From assembly GCA_016839805.1 (NCBI GenBank), contig JAEOTO010000031.1, positions 128,001 to 192,000 on the forward strand: a stretch of DNA of 64,000 bases. Direction: 5' to 3'. Shown here one piece after another: positions 39,812 to 49,315 of the stretch (its first letter is position 1; each line of letters begins with the position of its first letter). The position numbers were made by a program, and so were the translations under genes. The DNA comes from Candidatus Hermodarchaeota archaeon. GTDB lineage: Archaea > Asgardarchaeota > Hermodarchaeia > Hermodarchaeales > Hermodarchaeaceae. Under the pieces are notes generated by a model. The model saw only the letters and a list, made by a program, of their open reading frames with translations. It did not search any database and was not told the DNA's origin.

Positions 39812-40186
39812 ATGATCGATTTTTCCTATTTGGGTGGAGTCATCTTATATGTCCGTGATATGGAACGGGCATTAGTCTTTTACACCCAAGTCTTAGGGTT
39901 AGAAGTTGAGATCTTCGAACCCACCTTTGTAACATTGAAAACCAAACCCGTCAAACTACACCTGCATCTTGCAGAGAACCCACCAGGACCGCGAATTGGA
40001 AAAAGCATGAAGATACCTCAAGTGTATTTCAAGGTAGATGATATCGAAGCTACTTTTCAGTACCTACAAAAGGCAAAAATCCAATTCACTCGAGATATTT
40101 TTGAATACAATTCCTCTACTTTCGTGTTTAATTTTTTAGATCCAGATGGAAATCCATTAGGCTGTGAAAGCCACACACGCCATTAG
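39812..40186 (+). CDS. VOC/glyoxalase family protein
   Basis: VRDMERALVFYTQVLGL, YFKVDDI, FLDPDGN. Confidence 0.9.
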   Translation: MIDFSYLGGVILYVRDMERALVFYTQVLGLEVEIFEPTFVTLKTKPVKLHLHLAENPPGPRIGKSMKIPQVYFKVDDIEATFQYLQKAKIQFTRDIFEYNSSTFVFNFLDPDGNPLGCESHTRH

Positions 40187-40201
40187 AGCCGAATAAATGT
40201 A

Positions 40202-41176
40202 TCAGGTTCGCATAATGCTCTGTAAAAGAACAGGATCAATATTGCTCCCACTAGCAATGATGACAACGTTTGCGTTCTTTTTGATCTTAACCTTCATTTG
40301 CAACAAAGCCGCAATTCCTACAACTCCTGCAGGCTCGAGTATACGTCGTTCATTTTCTAGTGTCCAACGAATGGCATCTTGCAATCCCCGTTCTTCCACT
40401 AATACAACATCGTCTACGTATCGTAAGCCAATATCAAGATTCAATTGCTCCGTATTGCCTGCGAGCCCATCAGCGATAGTGGGTTCAACAGGCACGTGAA
40501 AAAGCCGACCTACTCGATAATTCTGGTAAAAAGCACGAGTGGCAGTTGTCTGAACTCCAATCACTTGAATCTCGGGATTAATAGTTTTAACCCATAATGC
40601 GACCCCTGAGATAAGTCCACCTCCACCGATTGGGACAATTACAACATTCGTTTCAGGAGAATCCTCAAGAACTTCATAACCAACTGTACCCTGACCAGCT
40701 ATGACTAGGGGATCAGCATAAGCATGAATAATAGTGGCATTCTTCTTTTTAGCAAACTTTGCACTATGAGTTGCTGCTTCATCATAGTTAGCACCCTTTT
40801 CAATAATTGTAGCCTCATACTGTTTGATTTTATCTAGCTTCAGTGGTGATGCTTTTCGGGGAACAAAGATTGTGGCAGAAATTCCTTGTTGTTGGGCAGC
40901 ATAGGCAACAGCTAGACCATGGTTACCAGTGGAGGCAGTAACGACACCACGTTGGGCAGTTCCCGCTGGGAGGGAAGCTATTTTATTGTAGGCACCACGG
41001 AGTTTGAATACGCCAGTTCGTTGCAGGCATTCCCATTTGATAAAAACGGGCGTTTGGGCGATAGTTTCTAATGCAGGTGAGGGCTCGAGGGGTGTTCGTA
41101 CTATTTTCCCAGTTAAGCGTTTTCTTGCTTGTAAAATCATTGTAGGAGTTACTGGAAAAGATGCAGAGGAAGTCAT
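40202..41176 (-). CDS. PLP-dependent threonine/serine dehydratase
   Basis: LQRTGVFKLRGA, ASTGNHG, PIGGGGL, SGSN. Confidence 0.9.
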   Translation of the reverse strand: MTSSASFPVTPTMILQARKRLTGKIVRTPLEPSPALETIAQTPVFIKWECLQRTGVFKLRGAYNKIASLPAGTAQRGVVTASTGNHGLAVAYAAQQQGISATIFVPRKASPLKLDKIKQYEATIIEKGANYDEAATHSAKFAKKKNATIIHAYADPLVIAGQGTVGYEVLEDSPETNVVIVPIGGGGLISGVALWVKTINPEIQVIGVQTTATRAFYQNYRVGRLFHVPVEPTIADGLAGNTEQLNLDIGLRYVDDVVLVEERGLQDAIRWTLENERRILEPAGVVGIAALLQMKVKIKKNANVVIIASGSNIDPVLLQSIMRT

Positions 41177-41303
41177 AATAACCAGCTCTTCTTGAGCAGG
41201 GATGTTTCATTTAGTTAGATAATGATTTCTCAGTGGGTACTATATGGTCCTGCTTGGTTGCGATTGTTTATAAGGCTGCTTTTTAGATAATGGAAGCAAG
41301 AGC

Positions 41304-41771
41304 GTGACACCTATGTCCGTAGATGAAGTTCAACAGAAACTCAAATGTCGACGCTGTGATCGACCACGCATCATACATCGAGTAAGCAAACCAACAGCTA
41401 ACAAAGTAAAACTCTACATGTCCTGTCCCGTTCACACAGCTACCGTAGAATATTCATTACCTTTACAAAGCTATGATGAGGCAAGCGGGCTAATTCGAGA
41501 ACATGTTCTTTTGTGCCGGAAATGTGGGCAACCCGTAGATGTTGTCGGGCAAAAAGCAGGGAAATTAACCACAAAGTTAAACATCCAATGTCCTGAACAC
41601 GGAAAAGGAGAACGAACTGTGAACAATTCACTCCTTGATCCTATCTTATCCGCTGTTCCAGCTCCTAAGGCTGCAACTACCCCCACTGGTAAGTTCTGCT
41701 CAAGCTGCGGTTCACCCGTTCCTGCGCCAGAAGCCCGTTTTTGTCACAATTGTGGTGCATCACTCGAATAA
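41304..41771 (+). CDS. Multi-zinc-ribbon protein
   Basis: Two CxxC...CPxH units plus C-terminal double zinc ribbon. Confidence 0.75.
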   Translation: MTPMSVDEVQQKLKCRRCDRPRIIHRVSKPTANKVKLYMSCPVHTATVEYSLPLQSYDEASGLIREHVLLCRKCGQPVDVVGQKAGKLTTKLNIQCPEHGKGERTVNNSLLDPILSAVPAPKAATTPTGKFCSSCGSPVPAPEARFCHNCGASLE

Positions 41772-41824
41772 ACACAAAAATTCAATTTATATTCCGTGTT
41801 CTGACCGAACCTTAACCGATGTTG

Positions 41825-42613
41825 TTAGTGTTGTGTAACTCTGGGTGGATAGACCTTCCGTGCGGAGGTTACATAACCTGTGTGTCCGATCATCCGAGTT
41901 GCTGGCCGAGTTTTTCCTGGTCGAACGAGGATTTCTCGTTCAATAAGCTCACGGGTTACAATCTCAGTGAAATGTGATGCATACAGGGCTTCTACGGTTC
42001 GTTGTGTCTGTTCGATGGTCGGTGAAAAGGAGACAATGACACCACCACCCCGTAATGCGTTATAGGCGTGGGGGACCACATCCCAAGGTACAGCTAAATC
42101 AAGGACCACTGAATCGACATTCTTTTCTGTAATTCCTTCAAGGATATCCTGTTGTTTCACGGTTACGATTCCCTTTAATCCTGCCTTCTCAAGATTGTTT
42201 ATGGCTACTTCTGCAAAGTCTTCACGAATTTCATAGGAGATTACTCCACCGTTTGGTGAAACATGATACCCGATGAGAGAGGCAAGGGCACCACTACCCG
42301 TTCCTGCCTCCACGACAGTTGATCCTGGACCAATTCCAGCTAAGAGAAGGATCAATCCTGCATCCTTAGGATACACGATATTGGTTTGTCGTCCCATTTT
42401 GATAGCCTTGTCTCGGGGCAAGGGAGGTAAAGCTGCGATTTTGGTTCCCAGACTAGTTGTGGCAAAGCTCCCAAATTGTTGGCCAATGACCTCGTCAAAA
42501 TTTAAAATCCCACGATGTAGATGAAAGGATTTTCCTGCCTCTACCCGGAGGAGCCAGTGGCGTCGTGAATCCAAATAAAAGAGAACTTGATCGCCATCAC
42601 AAATTTTGGTCAT
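41825..42613 (-). CDS. trmI: tRNA (adenine-N1)-methyltransferase
   Basis: IVYPKD, EAGTGSG, LDL..PW, MIGHTGY. Confidence 0.95.
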   Translation of the reverse strand: MTKICDGDQVLFYLDSRRHWLLRVEAGKSFHLHRGILNFDEVIGQQFGSFATTSLGTKIAALPPLPRDKAIKMGRQTNIVYPKDAGLILLLAGIGPGSTVVEAGTGSGALASLIGYHVSPNGGVISYEIREDFAEVAINNLEKAGLKGIVTVKQQDILEGITEKNVDSVVLDLAVPWDVVPHAYNALRGGGVIVSFSPTIEQTQRTVEALYASHFTEIVTRELIEREILVRPGKTRPATRMIGHTGYVTSARKVYPPRVTQH

Positions 42614-42729
42614 AGTACCTTCACCAGTTTGCCTAGTTCAACGTCCCTTTTCAGCCTTCTGCAAGAAAAAGGAAGTTACATTCAACAGAACCCCAAGGCT
42701 CAAATTTTACCTCCACCTAAAGATCTTAG

Positions 42730-43785
42730 ATGTCTAAGTCTAAACTAGAACCCAGTCCATGCATTCGTCCTGCACTTCAAAATGAAAAAATCGATTTAGA
42801 CACGGTGCAATGCGGAGTCTGTGAACGCCACTGTAAGATCTCTCCCCAGCAACGTGGTTATTGCGGTGCACGAGAAAACATGAATGGCGAGTTGTTTGTA
42901 CTCACCTATGGGGATATTAGTTCCATTAGTGCGAATCCCATTGAAAAGAAACCATTCTTCCATTTTCATCCAGGTACACGAGCTCTTACTATTGGAAGTT
43001 GGGGATGTAATTTTGCTTGTCCTTGGTGTCAAAACTGGAGTATTAGCAAACGTAAAGCCAATCCAAAAGAATGCAATTACCTGTCCCCTGTGCAATTCAT
43101 TAATGAGATCCAACGCAGAAACTGCCAAGGCACAAGTTTCTCCTTCAATGAGCCCACGACCGTCTTCTTTGAATACGCACTGGATGTTATGCCACTTGCG
43201 CACAAGTTTGGTTACTACAACACTTTTGTCTCCAATGGGTATATGACACCGAGCACCCTGCAACGATTAGCCGAAGCTGGACTCGATGCCATAAACATCG
43301 ATATCAAAGGCTGTCGATTGCCCATTCAGAAATTTTGTCAAATCGACATCGAGAAAGTATGGAATAGTGCCCGACTCGCCAAAGAACTTGGAATTTGGGT
43401 TGAGATTACAACGTTAGTAATCCCTGGGGTCAATGATTCCACGCAATGCCTTTCACGCATAGCGCATCGTATCCACGATGAACTTGCTGCAGATGTGCCC
43501 TGGCATATAAGTGCCTTCCATCCCGCCTACAAAGCCTCTCAATTAGGATTAACAACACCTACTCCCACCACAACTCTAGAGCATGCACATTCGCTAGGAC
43601 GAAAGGCAGGACTGAAATACGTCTACCTGGGAAATGTTCCCAATCACCGAGCCGAAAATAGTTATTGCCGGAAATGTGGGACACTCCTCATTCAACGACG
43701 AGTCTATAACATTTCCCTCGCCCAACTTGACAAAAAGGGACAGTGTATGGACTGTGGCACATTCAATCATTTCATTTTCTCTTAG
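42730..43785 (+). CDS. amrS: AmmeMemoRadiSam system radical SAM enzyme
   Basis: PIEKKPFFHFHPG, GCNFACPWCQNW, NEP, YVYLGNV...YCRKCG. Confidence 0.9.
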   Translation: MSKSKLEPSPCIRPALQNEKIDLDTVQCGVCERHCKISPQQRGYCGARENMNGELFVLTYGDISSISANPIEKKPFFHFHPGTRALTIGSWGCNFACPWCQNWSISKRKANPKECNYLSPVQFINEIQRRNCQGTSFSFNEPTTVFFEYALDVMPLAHKFGYYNTFVSNGYMTPSTLQRLAEAGLDAINIDIKGCRLPIQKFCQIDIEKVWNSARLAKELGIWVEITTLVIPGVNDSTQCLSRIAHRIHDELAADVPWHISAFHPAYKASQLGLTTPTPTTTLEHAHSLGRKAGLKYVYLGNVPNHRAENSYCRKCGTLLIQRRVYNISLAQLDKKGQCMDCGTFNHFIFS

Positions 43786-43862
43786 GAGCGCATAAGACAC
43801 TGGATTTGAGAGGAAACGCTTAAGGGCACTCTTGATATTGTCGATAGTAAGGAGGAAGAAGT

Positions 43863-44858
43863 GTGGAAGCTGTACAGCCTAAAGAAACCATGACAGCATT
43901 AAAGTGCCAATCCTGCAACGCTCCTCTCACCGTTAGCCCTGATGATGTTGTAATCGTTTGTGGTTTTTGTGGTTACACATCAACTATCGAGGGTGAGAAA
44001 ATTGAGAATCATTTCGTCTTGGAACCAACGATAGATAGTGCAGACGTTCGAGAGAAAATCACTAATTGGGTGGGTCGGGGTGGAAAAGCCCAAGTGACCG
44101 AAGCGATCCTGCGATTCGTTCCCTTCTGGGTCGAGTCAATGCACGCCTATACACATTATGAAGGATACAAAAAACACACCGAAACCGAATATTACACCGA
44201 CTCTCAAGGTAAACGTCGTTCCCGCACCAAAATCGAATATGAACCGATTACCGGGGACTTTAATGAAAATCGTTCAGTTAACGTACTTTGCCGACGGGGC
44301 GCCACCTTCTATAGCCAAGATGAGCTGGATAAGGCACTTCACGTGACTAAGAGGGAAATAAAGCCCTTTGATTATAACACAATTACTGCGGTTGAATCAA
44401 AACCCCTCTTCTTGAACAGCGAACTCACCGATGGAGACGCATATGAAATCGCTGAAACCTTCATTGAACAAGAACATCGTAGTCGCGCTGATTCGAAAGC
44501 AACAGAGATTTGGGATTGCCATAGCCGGATTGAAAAGACCGGTTCTTACTTGCTACATATCCCACATTGGCTTGTTCGCTACCAATTCGGTACCGAAACC
44601 TATCGGGTTGGCGTCGATGGACACACGAAAAAAGTTCTGAAAGGCGAAGTCCCTGTATCATCAGCTTTTCGTGGGGCAATGTATTTCATCAGCATTCTCT
44701 TTCTACTCATCGGAACAGTTGGCACCTATTTCATCGCGCAAATACTACAACCATATGATCTGACGTTTCTGTCACTAGCTATGGTTGTTGTGAGTCTAGC
44801 AGTTGCAGTTGTGGCGACTAACCAAACCTTCAAAATCAGTTCAGAGAAAGGCGACTGA
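43863..44858 (+). CDS. Zn-ribbon, C-terminal 2-TM membrane protein (YdjG-like), paralog 1
   Basis: CQSC/CGFC, VPFW, IPHW, VDGHT..VLKGEVP, two C-terminal TMs. Confidence 0.78.
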   Translation: MEAVQPKETMTALKCQSCNAPLTVSPDDVVIVCGFCGYTSTIEGEKIENHFVLEPTIDSADVREKITNWVGRGGKAQVTEAILRFVPFWVESMHAYTHYEGYKKHTETEYYTDSQGKRRSRTKIEYEPITGDFNENRSVNVLCRRGATFYSQDELDKALHVTKREIKPFDYNTITAVESKPLFLNSELTDGDAYEIAETFIEQEHRSRADSKATEIWDCHSRIEKTGSYLLHIPHWLVRYQFGTETYRVGVDGHTKKVLKGEVPVSSAFRGAMYFISILFLLIGTVGTYFIAQILQPYDLTFLSLAMVVVSLAVAVVATNQTFKISSEKGD

Positions 44859-44878
44859 AAAGAGAGAACGGAAATAAG

Positions 44879-45892
44879 GTGAAAAAAATGGCTAAGAAAC
44901 ACTGTCCAAATTGCGGGGGAGAACTTAACGTTCATCCCTCTGATGCAATTATTACCTGTTCATATTGCGGAACGTCCTTCACACCTGAAGGCTCAGAGAT
45001 GAAAGAACACTACGCGCTTCAAGTCAATTACACAGAACGTGACGCCCTTGACACGCTCAAAGCCTACCTAGTTAAGGTTCCTGGTGTTGATAATGAGTTA
45101 GCTCAAAAGATTTCGCTTGCAGATCTTTCAATGACCTATTATCCCTATTGGGTGTATACAGTTCAAGGTGACGTCTCTTATCGTGGAATCGATCGGAAAG
45201 CCTCCTTCAGAGGTCAATCCGGAGGTCGATATAATAGTATTCACTGGGAATGGGTTGCTGAATCTGGGCACCAAGAGCAAACTCGCCAAATCCGCCTTTA
45301 TGCTGGACCAAAGGTTCGCGGTGAAATTCAAAACTATCCTATTGCCACCAGATCCCGTCGATTCTTTAATCTTGAAGAGGCTAAAGAACATACTGCGAAT
45401 GTTCTGTTTTCCAAGGTGAGTGAAGACGCTGCACGACAGCAAGCAATTGCAACTACACGAAATCTCATCTACTCCCGCATCAGTCGCGAAACTGAACGCG
45501 TCGAAGATGCTCGTGAAACCTTCAACGTCACCGATCATGCCTACATTCATGTCCCAATCTATCACATCCGCTTCAACGTTGGGGGAGGCGGAAAAGCCTA
45601 TGAAGCCGCCATTGATGCGTCAAATGGTCGGGTTCTCTATTCAGAAATTCCCCGAACCACGGGATTCAAAATGAAGACTATTGGTTCAGCTATCATCTGG
45701 TTCGCTATAATGGGATTTGGAGCCATCATGACATACTTGGCATATGAGGGTTTCTCAATTCTGCCAATTCCAGGAATTGATCCACAATTCCTATTTTATG
45801 CTGGTATCGGACTCACGATAATTCCAGCAGCTCTGGGAATTATGACACTCTTCTTGGGATTCCGAGGAGTCACCGCTGAAAGAGCGAAGTAA
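44879..45892 (+). CDS. Zn-ribbon, C-terminal 2-TM membrane protein (YdjG-like), paralog 2
   Basis: CPNC/CSYC, YPYW, VPIY, IDASNGRVL..EIP, two C-terminal TMs. Confidence 0.78.
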   Translation: MKKMAKKHCPNCGGELNVHPSDAIITCSYCGTSFTPEGSEMKEHYALQVNYTERDALDTLKAYLVKVPGVDNELAQKISLADLSMTYYPYWVYTVQGDVSYRGIDRKASFRGQSGGRYNSIHWEWVAESGHQEQTRQIRLYAGPKVRGEIQNYPIATRSRRFFNLEEAKEHTANVLFSKVSEDAARQQAIATTRNLIYSRISRETERVEDARETFNVTDHAYIHVPIYHIRFNVGGGGKAYEAAIDASNGRVLYSEIPRTTGFKMKTIGSAIIWFAIMGFGAIMTYLAYEGFSILPIPGIDPQFLFYAGIGLTIIPAALGIMTLFLGFRGVTAERAK

Positions 45893-46033
45893 TCTAGCAA
45901 ACTGCCTGGTAATTCAGATGCGAGTTCACCATTACAAAGAGCACATATGCTAAACAATCGATTCAAGAGCAGTAGCGAGATTTTATAAGCTTTCAATCCA
46001 ATGCCTAGATAGTGACCAACGAGGTGATTCCCG

Positions 46034-46579
46034 TTGGGAGATAAAGACAAACCATCTATCATGGAAAAAGTCGATGACGAACGCACTCTTACCCAGAAAA
46101 TTATGAAGTTAGTTCCCGGTTGGCGGGGATATCGTATCAAAGAAGAGCGGCGCAACGCTGACCGCATCCTCCGCGATCAAATTGTTAGTCGCTTACGCCG
46201 CAGCCAAGATAAAATTGAAGACATCCGTTCAGCAGTTGTTGATGCTGAACTTGAATCAATCTACAAGACTGTAGACTCACTCACTAGCCGTACCGAACGC
46301 CTCATCAGCCAAATCGAACACGCTGATTATGGTTACCGACCATTCTTTGATGCCATCAAAATCAAAGAAGACGACCTTATGAACATGCTTCGATATGACA
46401 CCTGGTTTGTAGACCAAGTTCAAGTCTTCGATCAGAGTTGCGATGATGTTTTGACTCTGGTTGAAGATGATTCGGATGAAGCAACAGGACATATCAAGGA
46501 TCTTCGAAAAATGGTTTCGGAAATGAACCGCAAGTGGAAGGATCGCGAGCAAGTAATTATGGGCGTTGAAGTAGTCTAG
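46034..46579 (+). CDS. All-helical hypothetical protein
   Basis: PGWRGYRIKEERRNADRILR, HADYGY..FFD; GAGGTGA RBS before TTG. Confidence 0.75.
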   Translation: MGDKDKPSIMEKVDDERTLTQKIMKLVPGWRGYRIKEERRNADRILRDQIVSRLRRSQDKIEDIRSAVVDAELESIYKTVDSLTSRTERLISQIEHADYGYRPFFDAIKIKEDDLMNMLRYDTWFVDQVQVFDQSCDDVLTLVEDDSDEATGHIKDLRKMVSEMNRKWKDREQVIMGVEVV

Positions 46580-46789
46580 ATTACTAGACTCTACCACGCT
46601 TCTTCGATATCCTTCCTTTTTCTCTCTTTTTCTTCCTGCTGAGTCAAGAAAAGATTATTTACCATAAATATTAGTTTCCTTTACGATCCAAGATCCTACT
46701 TTATATCTTCCCAAACTTCTATGATAATGAACGAATGATTAAATGAGAAATCATAGTTGAAAGATTGCTACACATGAGCTGGATAACCT

Positions 46790-48067
46790 ATGTCGGGCGC
46801 AAATTCCCTGATTGATAAAAATCTTACACGAGCTAGGCGTGTCATAAAATGGACGGCAATTGGTGTGATAGCCTTAGCAACGACATGGTTTATCATAGCT
46901 TTTCTATCCGGGAGCGTTGGACTATTAGCCAAAGGAATTGATTCTCTCTCAGATCTCATCGCCACAGTCACAGTATTTCTTGGTTTATGGCTTGCCCAAC
47001 GCGCCCCCAGCAAAAAATATCCCTACGGTTATTTTAAAGCAGAAACAATGGCAGCTCTGATTGTTGCAGTCTTTATCTTTATTACCGGATTGGGTGTGCT
47101 ATGGCAAGCCGTTCAACGTATTTTATTTCCAACTGAACTGAGTTTCATCGGTTTCGCTCTAGTGATTACCCTTGCATCAATTCCCATTATCTTTGTCATG
47201 GCTAGATACTTGAAAAAAGTTGGCAGGGAAACTGGAAGTACCGCCGTGTATAATAAGGGTCAGGAATTCCAAATTGATATTTTAGCCTCCATAGCAGTTA
47301 TATTCGGATTGATCTTCGCCTTTTTTGGATTGCCATGGATTGAGTCGATTGTGGGATTCATAATTGGTCTTTTTATCTTGAGAAGCAGTTTCCAGCTGGC
47401 GCATGAATCCGTACTAATTCTCATGGATGCAGGACAAGATCCCGAACAGATTAAAGCCATTGAACAACTCGCCTTACCTATCCTAGGCGTTCTCGGCGTT
47501 CATGCTATTAAGCTACGGAGAGCAGGACCAATTTGTTTTGGAGAGATGCATCTAGAAGTCGCTGGGAAAACAACCGTTCTTCAATCACATCTCCTTGCTG
47601 AAGAAATCTCCACACGAGTGAAAGAGGCATACCCTGATGTGCTTTCATTCCTTGTTCATGTTGAACCCGTTTTACCTACCACATTTCGCGTGGCATTCCC
47701 CGTTGACAATCCGGAAGCAACTCCGGACTCAAACCCAAACATGCACTTTGGATCAACCCCCTTTTTCATAGCCATGGATATTGACCGGCGGAAAATTGCA
47801 CTTTGGGAAGTAATGCCAAATCCCTCTGCAAAAGATAGTAAACAACGAGGGAAAAACACAGCACACCTCTTAATTGATGCCAAAGTTGAAATTGTATTTG
47901 CAGAGAAGATGGGTGAGACTCCGCTAAGCATCTTACGAAACCACCTCATACATGTTTATAAGCAAAACTCCCAAGCTAATTGCCGCAAGAACATAGAAGC
48001 ATTTCTTGAAGATGAGCTTCCACCTCTCAAAGCCAAAGAAATCACTGAAACTTCCATTAGACCATAG
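46790..48067 (+). CDS. Cation diffusion facilitator with C-terminal NifB/NifX-like domain
   Basis: 6 TM, YPYGYFKAE, dimerisation domain IKLRRAG...VHVEP, then HFGSTPFF...NP...MG. Confidence 0.9.
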   Translation: MSGANSLIDKNLTRARRVIKWTAIGVIALATTWFIIAFLSGSVGLLAKGIDSLSDLIATVTVFLGLWLAQRAPSKKYPYGYFKAETMAALIVAVFIFITGLGVLWQAVQRILFPTELSFIGFALVITLASIPIIFVMARYLKKVGRETGSTAVYNKGQEFQIDILASIAVIFGLIFAFFGLPWIESIVGFIIGLFILRSSFQLAHESVLILMDAGQDPEQIKAIEQLALPILGVLGVHAIKLRRAGPICFGEMHLEVAGKTTVLQSHLLAEEISTRVKEAYPDVLSFLVHVEPVLPTTFRVAFPVDNPEATPDSNPNMHFGSTPFFIAMDIDRRKIALWEVMPNPSAKDSKQRGKNTAHLLIDAKVEIVFAEKMGETPLSILRNHLIHVYKQNSQANCRKNIEAFLEDELPPLKAKEITETSIRP

Positions 48068-48195
48068 ACCGTTAGTATTCTCAACAGAAAAATGAGCCAT
48101 CAGAACAAAAGTCGTAAAGTTGAAAAGGCTTGGCACGAATGACATCCCAGACCTTTTATTAACTCCAGCCTGGATTTCCAGGGGGAGACAGAAAC

Positions 48196-49185
48196 ATGCC
48201 CGAAATAATTGAATGGAAGAAAATGCGCAAAGATGACCTCGTCTACAGGTGGCCTAATGACCTCGTGAAGTGGGGCAGCCAATGCCTGGTACGAGAAAAC
48301 CAAGCAGCCGTCTTCTATCGTGACGGAAAAGCCCTAGACGTAATGGGCGTTGGACGCCATACACTGACCACAGCAAACGTTCCTATCCTTACTGGTATTC
48401 TTCGCCGTATTGCTGGCTTTGACAAATCACCCTTCACTTCAGAAGTTGTCTTTCTCAACATGACCAAGTTCCAAGGTAAATTCGGAGGTAGAGGTCAAAC
48501 CCGAGATCTCGCTCCCCTGATGTTCCATGGCGAATTTTGGTTCGAAATCGACGATGCCCAAATCTTCGTTAACGAAGTCGTAGCAGGTGAAAACTATACT
48601 ACCCAGGACGTCACTAACTTCATCCGATCCAAATTCGTCGAACTTGCAATGGATGAACTTTCTGGCTATTCCCTTCAGAATGCGATGACCCGTCTTGATG
48701 AAACCAGCATGAAAACCAAAACCCGGTTATCCGATAAGTTCGAAGAATATGGCCTAAAGTTACTCGACATGGCATTCGCTGGAATGGACACATCACCTGA
48801 ATACCGTGAACGCCTCTTCTTTGCCGTCCAAGGTGTCAGTGGCCGAGAAGTACTCACCGCTGAAACCATGCGGCGAAGTGCAGAAGCCTTGGGTCAGGGT
48901 GGAGGATCCGCTGGCGCAGGAGCAGGTATCGTCCTCATCCCACAACTCGCTGAAATGATGCGGCAATCCCAGAAACCCCAAGAACAAGGTGTCACCCATG
49001 TAGCCTGTCCACACTGTGGAGCGGCAATGCCCCTAAAGGGTGGAAAACCACCGAAGTTTTGCAGCGAGTGCGGAAAGACGATTCGGAAGCAGGTGGATGA
49101 ACGAAGAAAAGCCAAGCAATTCTGCCCGAATTGCGGTGCACCCGCAAAGGGTAAATTCTGCGCTGAATGCGGAGAGAAACTTTAG
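48196..49185 (+). CDS. SPFH/Band 7 domain protein with C-terminal zinc ribbons (YdjI-like)
   Basis: GSQCLVRENQAAVF.RDGK...GRHTLTTANVP...SPF..EVVF; four CxxC at C-terminus. Confidence 0.9.
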   Translation: MPEIIEWKKMRKDDLVYRWPNDLVKWGSQCLVRENQAAVFYRDGKALDVMGVGRHTLTTANVPILTGILRRIAGFDKSPFTSEVVFLNMTKFQGKFGGRGQTRDLAPLMFHGEFWFEIDDAQIFVNEVVAGENYTTQDVTNFIRSKFVELAMDELSGYSLQNAMTRLDETSMKTKTRLSDKFEEYGLKLLDMAFAGMDTSPEYRERLFFAVQGVSGREVLTAETMRRSAEALGQGGGSAGAGAGIVLIPQLAEMMRQSQKPQEQGVTHVACPHCGAAMPLKGGKPPKFCSECGKTIRKQVDERRKAKQFCPNCGAPAKGKFCAECGEKL

Positions 49186-49196
49186 CTGTGTTGACC

Positions 49197-49230
49197 AGAG
49201 GGCGCTTTGCCCTCTCTTTCCTTTCTTTTT
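49197..49230 (+). terminator. Stem-loop plus pyrimidine tract after SPFH gene
   Basis: AGAGGGC-gcttt-GCCCTCT then CTTTCCTTTCTTTTT. Confidence 0.6.
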
Positions 49231-49315
49231 TATAGTCAACGGTAGGAAATATTTTATTCAATTTTCGTTACAAAGGCTTTTACCTGATTAACCATCTAAT
49301 AGAATACAATAGGCT

